Source: Macrostomum lignano (taxonomy: Eukaryota). Taken from it: 47,197 bases of DNA. How positions within the stretch are numbered: position 1 is the stretch's first letter; each line of letters opens with the position of its first letter. The translations under genes were made by a program, and so were the position numbers. Shown piece by piece: positions 12,142 through 24,010 of this stretch. The stretch is from the NCBI GenBank assembly GCA_002269645.1, contig NIVC01003055.1, positions 1 through 47,197 of the forward strand, in the 5' to 3' direction. Under the pieces are notes generated by a model that did no database searches, was not told the DNA's origin, and worked only from the letters and a program-made list of their open reading frames with translations.

Positions 12142-13206
12142 TTATTTCATTACTGCTCTGTACGTTACTGTGGCTGTGGCATACGTTACTGTGGCATAGT
12201 GAGAAGCTTTGGCAGACTCCAGGCTTTGGGACGTACCGGTAGGTGAAAAGAAGGACTGTCTCAAGCGCTTGATTTTAGGGATCAAATAAAGAGCGGTTGA
12301 AGAAGGACGAGCTACAGGCTCTAGATTAGCACCGGAAGTACTGCTAAATGGCCAAATTGAACATACGGCAATGCTGCATCCCAGAAAGAGTATGGCCAAT
12401 GCGACCAATAGAAACAGTGCTAGATACCATATGGTAGTTTTCTGGGCTTGGCTTTTACATTTAAGCTTCTGATTCTCCTTCTCCAAGCGATCCATTCTCC
12501 AGCGCTGGGCGCTGATGCAACAGCCAATCATAAGCAAGTGTTCGTTGTTACATTGGCTGAAATGCTCAGTCAGCTGCCTCTGCTTTGGCTTCACTTGACA
12601 GCCAAACTCGGCGAACGGACATTTCACAGGGATCTCAGAGCAAGTCTTTGCATGCTTAATAAAGTCCACACGGTTTAGCATGTCACTGCCGTAGCCGAAG
12701 AAGCCGCAGTAGCCGCAGTGGCAGCGAAAGTGCACACAGCAGTCGGCAGACTCCAGATTGCAGTGAACAAGGTGCAGCTTGTACACAATGATTTCCCTGA
12801 GACAAAATTGGCACGTGACGGTCTCGTACTCGCATTTCTGCTTCAAGTGCTCCTCTAGCATCTTCCACTGCATCTGCTCAGAGCATCCGAGGTCAGCATT
12901 CGGACAGAAGACCCACAACTCGGACAGCTCCCGTCGGGTGGCCAAGTCCGGCAAGCATCGGTCACGACAAACCCAACGCTGACGTTCGCCATCGACATTA
13001 CTGTCGTTGTCCTGGTCTGTTGTTCCCGGACAGGGCCCGCAGTGTGTCGGATGCAAGCTGTTTACGCACACCTGGCACAGTCTGAATCCTTGCGGCGTCT
13101 GGAAGCAGTTGACCAACAGTCCTTTGCAGGCTTTGCAGACAAAATAATTGGGGACTGCTGATGGAGACACAGGCTTGGCACACAGGGCTCTGTCTGATAG
13201 CTCCAT
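12142..13206 (-). CDS. TRAF-like protein 3 (near-identical N-terminus to protein 2) with a C-terminal hydrophobic, putative transmembrane segment; 354 aa
   Basis: Continuous ORF with the same RING/Zn-finger region as 9821-10618, followed by a coiled coil and IWYLALFLLVALAILFLGCSIAVCSIW. Confidence 0.8.
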   Translation of the reverse strand: MELSDRALCAKPVSPSAVPNYFVCKACKGLLVNCFQTPQGFRLCQVCVNSLHPTHCGPCPGTTDQDNDSNVDGERQRWVCRDRCLPDLATRRELSELWVFCPNADLGCSEQMQWKMLEEHLKQKCEYETVTCQFCLREIIVYKLHLVHCNLESADCCVHFRCHCGYCGFFGYGSDMLNRVDFIKHAKTCSEIPVKCPFAEFGCQVKPKQRQLTEHFSQCNNEHLLMIGCCISAQRWRMDRLEKENQKLKCKSQAQKTTIWYLALFLLVALAILFLGCSIAVCSIWPFSSTSGANLEPVARPSSTALYLIPKIKRLRQSFFSPTGTSQSLESAKASHYATVTYATATVTYRAVMK

Positions 13207-13613
13207 TGATCTGGAGTAGGTGGGAAGGTAAGCAGCTAAAGATTTAAGCTGGAATTATATTAACGGAAGCGTTAAAATGTGTCTATCGAATCTATGCTTA
13301 GTCTATATGTTCCGATCAAAAACACTCAATCCCTGTGTGCAGAGGTACTCTTTACAACAGAACAACTTTATGAAAGTACGCATACTTTCAGCTTACAAAA
13401 CTCACTTTTCCCAAGAATTAAAATAATTAAGTTTTCAAAGTTTGATAGCAAATAGCAAACATATCATTTTTGTATTTAATAAAATGCTGGACAATGCAGT
13501 GTCTATTTAATTTACTAATTAAACAAGTAGTTCAGTATACTCGTAGAGCATGTAATTTTGCCGCGTAAAGTAAATGCACAAATTTTGACAGCTACGGTTT
13601 CTTCTCCTCAGCC

Positions 13614-14160
13614 TCAAGCCAGCTTGTACATACTGCCCTGCATTGTTAGCCGGCCATCTCGAACTTTCTCGTCCAGAAAGTTTTTCAATTTCTGCTGATC
13701 CAATTCCACGTTGGGATCAACTAGGAACAGCTGCAGCATAGTGCGGATCCGCTCCACTGACATGCACGAGTCCATGTTGGTCAGCATGCCCACCACGTAG
13801 TTCCACAGGCACTCCCACGTCTCCTCAGACCCGTCGCCTGCGCCGGCGTCTCCGTCCGCTTCGACTTCTTCCTCGGCTGCCGTCTCCGACATTGACGAAT
13901 CCGCGGTGGGGGCGGCTTCGGCGGCCGAGTGAGTTGAGTCAACTAAGCGAAACCGCTCCGGCCGGGGCTCGGAAAGAATCCCCTGGAGGGATTTTTTATG
14001 GTTCAAGAGTGTTATAGGCTGTCGTTTGTTCTACTGATAGGAGAATTCAGCCCGTGTGTCATTGTGTCTGTCTGTCTGTCTGTCTGTCTGGTCTGGTCTG
14101 GTCTGTCTGTCTGTCTGTCTGTCTGTCTGGTCTGGTCTGTCTGTCTGTCTGTCTGGTCTG

Positions 14161-14226
<66 letters not shown>

Positions 14227-17200
14227 TTATCTGTCTGTCTGTCTGTGTGTCTGTCTTAGTGTTTCAGTGTTTTATAGTGCCTGTCTATCTGTCTTAGTGT
14301 CTGTTTGTTTGTCTTCGTGTCTTAGTGTTGGTGTCTTAGCCTGCCAATAATCATATCGCCAATTCACCTGCTGCAGCCAGAAGCCAATATTTCTCCTAGC
14401 ATAGGACGGCTGCATCTGGGCGGCCTCGGCCAGTTCAGTCAAACTGAGCTCCCTGTGCTCAAGAAAAGCGGTTAGAATTGCGTACTGAGCCGGTTTGCAG
14501 GTGAGCTCCAGCTCCCTGCCAGCCAGTTCAATCCTGACCGTGACCCGACCCAGCTGCGGGCGCCACTCCAATCCCCGGTTGCACTTTTGCGCCTTGTAGC
14601 GAGCGGCGAATCGTTCGCCTGCGGCGGCCAGCTGCGCGGGCAGAGCGGACATTCTGCGGGGCGCGAATGCCGGCCAGAATTGCAGGGATAAAATCAGGGC
14701 GGAGACTTGGAATGCTTCGGTCACGTGATGCTGCTGCGACTGCTGCTGCCGATCGCTGCCGACTTCGCCGCTGCTGCCGCCGGAGCCGATGAGGGTGCAG
14801 AGCCGACGGGAGTCTTCGATGTCTTTCAGCATCACCTTGAAGAGGAGGGGGAGATTAGTAAAAAGTGCTCTACGGGATTCATTGTAATAGAATCTTCAAA
14901 ACCCATCATATCCGCTCTCTACCTATCAGATCCACTCTCTCTACCTATCAGATCCACTCTCTCTACCTGTAAGATCCGCTCTCTACCTATCATATCCGCT
15001 CTCTACCTATCAGATCCACTCTCTCTACCTATCAGATCCACTCTCTCTACCTGTCAGATCCGCTCTCTACCTATCATACCCGCTCTCTACCTATCAGATC
15101 CACTCTCTCTACCTGTCAGATCCGCTCTCTACCTATCAGATCCACTCTCTCTACCTGTCAGATCCGCTCTCTACCTATCAGATCCACTCTCTCTACCTGT
15201 CAGATCCGCTCTCTACCTATCATATCCGCTCTCTACCTATCAGATCCACTCTCTCTACCTATCAGATCCACTCTCTCTACCTGTCAGATCCGCTCTCTAC
15301 CTATCATACCCGCTCTCTACCTATCAGATCCACTCTCTCTACCTGTCAGATCCGCTCTCTACCTATCAGATCCACTCTCTCTACCTGTCAGATCCGCTCT
15401 CTACCTATCAGATCCACTCTCTCTACCTATCAGATCCACTCTCTCTACCTGTCAGATCTGCTCTCTACCTATCATATTCGCTCTCTCTACCTGTCAGATC
15501 CACTCTCTCTACCTATCATATCCGCTCTCTCTACCTGTCAGATCCACTCTCTCTACCTGTCAGATCCACTCTCTCTACCTGTCAGATCCACTCTCTCTAA
15601 CTATCATATCCGCTCTCTCTACCTGTCAGATCCACTCTCTCTACCTGTCAGATCCACTCTCTCTACCTGTCAGATCCGCTCTCTACCTGTCAGATCCGCT
15701 CTCTCTACCTGTCATATCCGCTCTCTACCTATCAGATCCACTCTCTCTACCTATCAGATCCACTCTCTCTACCTGTCAGATCCGCTCTCTACCTATCATA
15801 CCCGCTCTCTACCTATCAGATCCACTCTCTCTACCTGTCAGATCCGCTCTCTACCTATCAGATCCACTCTCTCTACCTATCATATCCGCTCTCTCTACCT
15901 GTCAGATCCACTCTCTCTACCTGTCAGATCCACTCTCTCTACCTGTCAGATCCACTATCTCTAACTATCATATCCGCTCTCTCTACCTGTCAGATCCACT
16001 CTCTCTACCTGTCAGATCCACTCTCTCTACCTATCAGATCCACTCTCTCTACCTGTCAGATCCGCTCTCTACCCATCATATCCGCTCTCTACCTATCAGA
16101 TCCACTCTCTCTACCTATCAGATCCACTCTCTATACCTGTCAGATCCGCTCTCTACCTATCAGATCCACTCTCTCTACCTGTCAGATCCGCTCTCTCTAC
16201 CTGTCAGATCTGCTCTCTACCTATCATATTCGCTCTCTCTACCTGTCAGATCCACTCTCTCTACCTATCATATTCGCTCTCTCTACCTGTCAGATCCGCT
16301 CTCTACCTATCAGATCCACTCTCTCTACCTGTCAGATCCGCTCTCTACCTATCAGATCCACTCTCTCTACCTGTCAGATCCGCTCTCTACCTATCAGATC
16401 CACTCTCTCTACCTGTCAGATCTGCTCTCTACCTATCATATTCGCTCTCTCTACCTGTCAGATCCACTCTCTCTACCTGTCAGATCCGCTCTCTACCTGT
16501 CAGATCCGCTCTCTCTACCTATCAGATCCACTCTCTCTACCTGTCAGATCCGCTCTCTACCTGTCAGATCCGCTCTCTACCTGTCAGATCCGCTCTCTCT
16601 ACCTGTCAGATCCACTCTCTCTACCTGTCAGATCCGCTCTCTACCTCTCAGATCCGGTATAATCGACGCATCAAAATGCCACTCAAAAGCTCACCTCGCA
16701 TTTAATCAGATCGATCTCGCCAAATCTTAATTTGAGCAGCTCAACATTTTTAATCTCCCGATCAATTTTAAAGCTGAGATTGTCCAACAGCCGGCTGGCC
16801 AGCATGCTCTGGTACTCGTGAATAAACAGTCGCTTCGAGCCGTAGATTCCGACTAGCAGGGACAGCAGGTCGGGCGGCTGGCGGCTCAGGCTGCCGCAGC
16901 TGCTGTAGGCCTCCACTGGATCCGGCCGCCAAGCGTCGAAGTCCTGTCCGGGATCGTCGACACTCTCGGCGGAGTTCTCGCCCAGCCCAGCAAGCGGGCC
17001 GCTTCTGGTGAGCTCGGCGGCCAGATCGTCCGAGCCGCCGGCGCCGGACTCGTCCCCGATCATCTTGCTGATGATGGCCCGGATCGTGTCCTCCCGGCGG
17101 CGAAGGTATTCGGCTACCTGCGGCGGTTGTTGTTAGGGAGGGCATGGGAGACTTTGTTACATGGGGACTTCGGGATCTCGGAGGCTGGCCCAGCAACTGG

Positions 17201-19303
17201 GAATCTGGGAGGCTGGCCCAGCTACTGAGGAACTGGGAGGCTGGCCCAGCAACGGAGAATCTGAGAGGCTGGCCCAGCAACTGAGGATCTGAGAGGCTGG
17301 CACAGCAACTGAGGATCTGGGAGGCTGGCCCAGCAACTGAGAATCTGAGAGGCTGGCCCAGCAACTGAGGATCTGAGAGGCTGGCACAGCAACTGAGGAT
17401 CTGGGAGGCTGGCCCAGCAACTGAGGATCTGGGAGGCTGGCCCAGCAACTGAGGATCTGGGAGGCTGGCCCAGCAACTGACACTCTGGGAGGCTGGCCCA
17501 GCAACTGAGGATCTGGGAGGCTGGCCCAGCAACTGACACTCTGGGAGGCTGGCCCAGCTACTGAGGATCTGGGAGGCTGGCTCAGCAACTGAGGATCTGG
17601 GAGGCTGGCCCAGCAACTGACACTCTGGGAGGCTGGCCCAGCAACTGAGGATCTGGGAGGCTGGCCCAGCAACTGACACTCTGGGAGGCTGGCCCAGCTA
17701 CTGAGGATCTGGGAGGCTGGCTCAGCAACTGAGGATCTGGGAGGCTGGCCCAGCAACTGAGGATCTTGGAGGCTGGCCCAGCAACTGACATTCTGGGAGG
17801 CTGGCCCAGCTACTGAGAATCTGGGAGGCTGGCCCAGCTACTCAGGATCTGGGAGGCTGGCCCAGCAACTGAGGATCTGGGAGGCTGGCCCAGCAACTGA
17901 GGATCTTGGAGGCTGGCCCAGCAACTGACATTCTGGGAGGCTGGCCCAGCTACTGAGAATCTGGGAGGCTGGCCCAGCTACTCAGGATCTGGGAGGCTGG
18001 CCCAGCAACTGAGGATCTGGGAGGCTGGTCCAGCAACTGAGGATCTGGGAGGCTGGCCCAGCAACTGAGGATCTGGGAGGCTCTGGCACTCTGGGACCCA
18101 GCAACACACAGCAGCAGCCAGGGTCCTGCATCGGCCCGCAGCAACTCACGGAGCCCAGCGCCAGCTCCTGAGACACGCCAGACGGGTCGAGAATCCTCAG
18201 CGAGCGCACGGCGCCAATGTAGGCGCTGAGAATGTCCAGAGTGGCCACTCCCGGATGCAGCAGACGTTGCTCAACATCGGATCGAAGAGTTCTCACCATT
18301 TTCGGCCTGAGATCCGGGACCTTCTCTATGCAGGCAGCCAGGTCCTTGAGCCCGCATTCAGAGTCGGGATAGTCAATGGTCATGGAGAAGAGCTCTCGGA
18401 TTCTGGCCTCGCCAAACACTCGATACGGCAGGAGGTTGGCCGACTGGCCAAGGACTCCCACCCGACTAGGCGGCGGCGGGTTTCTATTCCGTTGGAATTC
18501 CTCAGTCCAGCGCTGCTCCAGATGTCCGTGGAGTTGCAGCACGCGGTCCAGGTAACTCTCAGAAAAGCTGTGCGAGCACTCTTTGGCTACGTAGGCGGAT
18601 AGGCCGCGACGAATGAAAGCGGCGCCGTGGTCAAGCAGCAGCCGGCGGCGCAGTTGAAGCCGATCGAGCAGCCTGCCGCAGTGCTGCGCGATGCTTCTGG
18701 CCTCCTCTTCTGCTTCTAGTAGAGACGAGGATTCGTCTTCATTTTCGGCGAAAGTCAAGTCCAAATAGCGGGCAATGTAGGTAGAGAAGTTTCGACGGGT
18801 TTTATCGACCAATATTTGCTGACTTGGCTGGTCTGATGACTGGCCTAGCAACTGTTTGGAGATGGGGGAAGTGTGGATATTTGAAGGTCAAAATGTTAAC
18901 ATAGGCATGATAATTGCATAGCAAACTGGTTACTAACCCGGCTAGGAGCGAACAGCAGCAGGCGAACGCCGCGAAGCATTTCAGCCGGTAGCTGCTGCCG
19001 AGTGTCGTCGCCTTCGCGAGTACCAGCGGCGCCAGCTGCGGTTGGCGGGCACTGATAAGGCAGGACGCAGTCGAGCAGGCATTGCAAGCTCGATGCCAGA
19101 GCTCGCATAGCTGAGACAGCGGCGGCGGCGTCTAAAGCGGCATCCTCCGGACACGACATCGCTGGCTCAGCAAAGTGACTCCAGAACCGGTTGAAACCGG
19201 TTTCTAACAACTCGCATTGCGCATTCCACGATGCCAAAATTGGCATTAGTGACGTGTGCTGTTGGTCTGTACTGTCGCTTGTTGGACAGGAGATTTGTAA
19301 CAT
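13614..19303 (-). CDS. ANAPC2: Anaphase-promoting complex subunit 2 (cullin-like), 5 exons, about 775 aa
   Basis: Exons 19303-18938, 18851-18150, 17117-16695, 14835-14368 and 13982-13614, all joined by GT-AG phase-0 introns in one frame. Motifs: RLLHPGVATLDILSAYI...LDPSGV, W.PDPVEA, LLSLLVGIYGSKRLFIHEYQSMLASRLL, ELLKLRFGE..L..CEVMLKDIEDSRR, and the C-terminal LWNYVVGMLTN...RIRTMLQLF winged-helix domain. Confidence 0.95.
14066..14250. repeat. (TCTG)n / (TCTGG) microsatellite in ANAPC2 intron 4
   Basis: Directly visible. Confidence 0.95.
14900..16650. repeat. 20-22-bp minisatellite (RTCAGATCCRCTCTCT[CT]ACCT) filling ANAPC2 intron 3
   Basis: About 1.75 kb of tandem variant units. Confidence 0.95.
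17170..18085. repeat. 28-bp minisatellite (GAGGCTGGCCCAGCAACTGAGGATCTGG) filling ANAPC2 intron 2
   Basis: About 30 tandem units. These explain the SVAGPASQILSCW ORFs. Confidence 0.95.
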
Positions 19304-20024
19304 TTTTCAAATTTATTTAGCGCTACATGCAGTAGAGTGATTCGGATTAAAATGCATTTCAACAGTATAACGTTATACTAATTTAAAACATTTTGGCAAC
19401 CTTACGCTACTAAAAGTAGGGTAATTTGGGTGTTGACATATAAATAAAATGTAACAGTAAAAATCCTGTTAAATTTCAACATTTGGTAATTTAACGCTAC
19501 TGAAAGTAGTGTATTGCGCTTAGCGCAAACCTGGCACCATAAACAAACAATAACTACTATACTAACTTCTATACTATTATTTCTTTAAAGTTTAAATAAA
19601 ATCAAGTCTTCAACACATTTCTCAACAGTCAAACGCAATTGCCCGCGCCAACTTTACTTGCATCAATATATAGATAAATGTATCAGATTTATATATCAAT
19701 TATGGCACAAGAACAATGAAAACAATTAAAATTTTACTAATGATTCTCAAAATGTCAATCTGCGAGACCAGACCTCAATAACACGAGAGATAAGAATCAG
19801 TTAGAATAAAATTCCTATGTATTTTTTCATTTAAAATGTTACATTGAACGATTAGAGGAACATGGAATTAGATAAACTTATAACTACGAGCGACACATAT
19901 AATAAGACCCTAGTAGAAGTACATATGAACTCGAGCCAACGCAATAGGATTAAGGATACTCAAGGTAAATCCAACACAGGCAGACATACTATCCCTCAGA
20001 CTGACCTTCAGGTGCGCTATTTGC

Positions 20025-20520
20025 TTAATCATCCTGACCTTCAGGTGCCGCTATTTGCCCTATCATCCTGACCTTCAGGTGCCGCTATTTGCCCTATCAT
20101 CCTGACCTTCAGGTGCCGCTATTTGCCCTATCATCCTGACCTTCAGGTGCCGCTATTTGCCCTATCATCCTGACCTTCAGGTGCCGCTATTTGCCCTATC
20201 ATCCTGACCTTCAGGTGCCGCTATTTGCCCTATCATCCTGACCTTCAGGTGCCGCTATTTGCCCTATCATCCTGACCTTCAGGTGCCGCTATTTGCCCTA
20301 TCATCCTGACCTTCAGGTGCCGCTATTTGCCCTATCATCCTGACCTTCAGGTGCCGCTATTTGCCCTATCATCCTGACCTTCAGGTGCCGCTATTTGCCC
20401 TATCATCCTGACCTTCAGGTGCCGCTATTTGCCCTATCATCCTGACCTTCAGGTGCCGCTATTTGCCCTATCATCCTGACCTTCAGGTGCCGCTACTTGT
20501 CCTATCATCCTGACCTTCAG
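20025..20520. repeat. 34-bp minisatellite (TCATCCTGACCTTCAGGTGCCGCTATTTGCCCTA), about 14 nearly identical copies, just 3' of TMEM208
   Basis: Directly visible and highly homogeneous. Confidence 0.95.
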
Positions 20521-20580
20521 ATACCTCTCCAATTGCTACATTCACCAGCTCACAGCTTCAGTAAACCGTCACCGCCTTCA

Positions 20581-21707
20581 TCACCGAACAATTTTAGCCC
20601 GGTTCATCCGCCTCTCCTGCTTCTTCTGTTTTTTAGCATCCGCTTCGGTCTCCTCGGGTGCCGGAGCAAAGAACCATGGGCCAAGGATGTTCACCCAGAG
20701 CAGGTAGAACAGGCGGATGGGGACCGCGATGAGCAGGCAGAAGCAGTAAGTGTGCAGTTGGGCCAGGACCAAGGTGCCCGCAGTCCACAGAAGAACATCC
20801 TGCCGGCGATAGGTTGCAGATATAGGATAGTATTATATATTTAATTGTTTATTATTTAGTTTTTAATTCTATATCTCCGCTTCAAAAAAAGATCTTACCC
20901 AATCCTGTCTATGATTTCACTTTTTCGACTAAGAGAACTCATCCATTCTACTAGAGATTTCACTCATTTTACTGGAAATCTCACTCATTCTACTAGAGAT
21001 CTCACCCATTCTACTAGAGAGTTCACCTATTCTACTAGAGAGTTCACTCATTCTACTAGAGAGTTCACCCATTCTACAAAGAGATCTCACCAATTCTACA
21101 AAGAGATCTCACCCATTCTACTAGAGAGTTCACCTATTCTACTAGAGAGTTCACTCATTCTACTAGAGATCTCAGCCATTCTACTAGAGATCTCACCCAT
21201 TCTACTAGAGATCTCACCCATTCTACAAAGAGATCTCACCCATTCTACTAGAGAACTCAACCATTCTACTGGAGATCTCACCCATTCTACTGGAGATCTT
21301 ACCCATTCTACTAGAGATCTCACCCATTCTACTAGAGATCTCAGCCATTCTACTAGAGATCTCAGCCATTCTACTAGAAAATAACAAATTACCTTAAAGT
21401 GCTCAGCCATGCCGTGCTCCATATTTAAATCCTGACCGGCATCAACCAGCTGCCCAGTAGGGGAATAAGTGGCCGCTGACATGCTAGACATCACTTTGTA
21501 CATTCCGCCTAGTAGAGCTTCGCACACGATAATAAGCGCCAAATGCCAATTAGATATTGAAGACCAAAATAACAGAGTGCAAGGCAAAGCGAACGCATTG
21601 ACGCCGAGGATAATGCGTTGATAGAGCTGCAAAGTTGACGCGTTCTCTTCCGTGATTTGTTTCTGGCCTCGGGTGGCCGTTTTGCCCGGCTTGGTTGTTG
21701 CTTTCAT
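20581..21707 (-). CDS. TMEM208: Transmembrane protein 208 (SND2 family), 2 exons, about 177 aa
   Basis: Exon 1 (21707-21393) reads TRGQKQITEEN...YQRIILGVNA...GQLVDAGQDLNMEHGMAEHFK. Exon 2 (20799-20581) reads DVLLWTA...YLLWVNILGPWF...KKQKKQERR. The intron is GT-AG, phase 0. Confidence 0.95.
20940..21380. repeat. 21-bp minisatellite (CACCCATTCTACTAGAGATCT) filling the TMEM208 intron
   Basis: About 20 tandem variant units. Confidence 0.95.
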
Positions 21708-22217
21708 GCCCGCCGCTGCGGGGCGAAATACGCGATTTGAAATGTTTTTATCTCAAAAAATCCATCTTTCCTACTTATCAGTAGACAAGTAAAACATTTT
21801 ATTAACTTTTTTTGTATTTTCGATTCAAAAAGCCAAGCATAAGAATATTTTTTCGCAGGATAGACAAATTAAACAGATAATAAGTCTTTATTATTTACTA
21901 TAATATTTAATTTTTATATTCTACACAGATTATTTTACAAGGCATCAGAATAATTGTGAAAACCAAGGCGTACATACAGATTAAAACTATACAATTACAA
22001 AACTGTATCAAGTGTTTCTCAGAGTATTCATATTGCATGTTCAATAACTATTGTATGCTACAGGTCATCAAAACGCATATAGGATCTATTCAAGTATAAG
22101 GGGCAGACATACACAGACTGAAATACAGAGCTGTAATATCAAAAATACTGAACTCTATTTATCTCTTTCCAAATGAGTACAGAATATAACGCAATGAGCT
22201 TGGCTATGCTCAACGGG

Positions 22218-23950
22218 ACACTGATAAACACCCCAGCTTTATCCAATAAGACACTGATAAACACCCCAGCTTTATCCAATAAGACACTGATAAACACCCA
22301 AGCTTTACCCAATTAGACACTGAAAACACCCCAGCTTTATCTAATAAGACACTGATAAACACCCCAGCTTTATCTAATAAGACACTGATAAACACCCCAG
22401 CTTTATCTAATAAGACACTGATAAACACCCCAGCTTTATCTAATAAGACACTGATAAACACCCCAGCTTTATCTAATAAGACACTGATAAACACCCCAGC
22501 TTTATCTAATAAGACACTGATAAACACCCAGCTTTATCTAATAAGACACTCATAAACACCCCAGCTTTATCTAATAAGACACTGATAAACACCCCAGCTT
22601 TATCTAATAAGACACTGATAAACACCCCAGCTTTATCTAATAAGACACTGATAAACACCCCAGCTTTATCCAATAAGACACTGATAAACACCCCAGCTTT
22701 ATCTAATAAGACACTGATAAACACCCCAGCTTTATCTAATAAGACACTGATAAACACCCCAGCTTTATCCAAAAAGACACTGATAAACACCCCAGCTTTA
22801 TCCAACAAGACACTGATAAACACCCCAGCTTTATCCAATTAGACACTGATAAACACCCCAGCTTTATCCAATAAGACACTGATAAACACCCCAGCTTTAT
22901 CCAATAAGACACTGATAAACACCCAAGCTTTACCCAATTAGACACTGAAAACACCCCAGCTTTATCTAATAAGACACTGATAAACACCCAGCTTTATCTA
23001 ATAAGACACTGATAAACACCCCAGCTTTATCTAATAAGACACTGATAAACACCCCAGCTTTATCCAATAAGACACTGATAAACACCCCAGCTTTATCTAA
23101 TAAGACACTGATAAACACCCCAGCTTTATCTAATAAGACACTGATAAACACCCCAGCTTTATCTAATAAGACACTGATAAACACCCCAGCTTTATCTAAT
23201 AAGACACTGATAAACACCCCAGCTTTATCTAATAAGACACTGATAAACACCCAGCTTTATCTAATAAGACACTGATAAACACCCCAGCTTTATCCAAAAA
23301 GACACTGATAAACACCCCAGCTTTATCCAACAAGACACTGATAAACACCCCAGCTTTATCCAATTAGACACTGATAAACACCCCAGCTTTATCCAATAAG
23401 ACACTGATAAACACCCCAGCTTTATCCAATAAGACACTGATAAACACCCCAGCTTTATCTAATAAGACACTGATAAACACCCCAGCTTTATCCAATAAGA
23501 CACTGATAAACACCCCAGCTTTATCTAATAAGACACTGATAAACACCCCAGCTTTATCTAATAAGACACTGATAAACACCCCAGCTTTATCCAAAAAGAC
23601 ACTGATAAACACCCCAGCTTTATCCAACAAGACACTGATAAACACCCCAGCTTTATCCAATTAGACACTGATAAACACCCCAGCTTTATCCAATAAGACA
23701 CTGATAAACACCCCAGCTTTATCCAATAAGACACTGATAAACACCCCAGCTTTATCTAATAAGACACTGATAAACACCCCAGCTTTATCCAATAAGACAC
23801 TGATAAACACCCCAGCTTTATCTAATAAGACACTGATAAACACCCCAACTTTATTTAATAAGACACTAATAAACACCCAGATTTATTCAATAAGACGCTA
23901 TAAACACCCAGATTTATCTAATAAGACTGATAAACATCCAGCTTTATCCA
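22218..23950. repeat. 33-bp minisatellite (GACACTGATAAACACCCCAGCTTTATCYAATAA), about 50 copies
   Basis: Directly visible. Occasional 32-bp units shift the FISVLLDKAGV reading frame. Confidence 0.95.
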
Positions 23951-24010
23951 ACGAGAAGGTTTCAAAGGACACAATGAACTCTAAATCTACTAGCAAAAAC
24001 TATTAATTAA

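Noticed and set aside
19639-19652. E2F-like site (TTGGCGCGGG, minus strand) ~340 bp upstream of ANAPC2
   Set aside because: Plausible for a cell-cycle gene, but a single short motif cannot be supported without conservation or ChIP data.
20025-23950. 33-bp and 34-bp tandem arrays of CRISPR-repeat-like length
   Set aside because: Units are head-to-tail with no unique spacers, no cas genes are present, and the context is eukaryotic.
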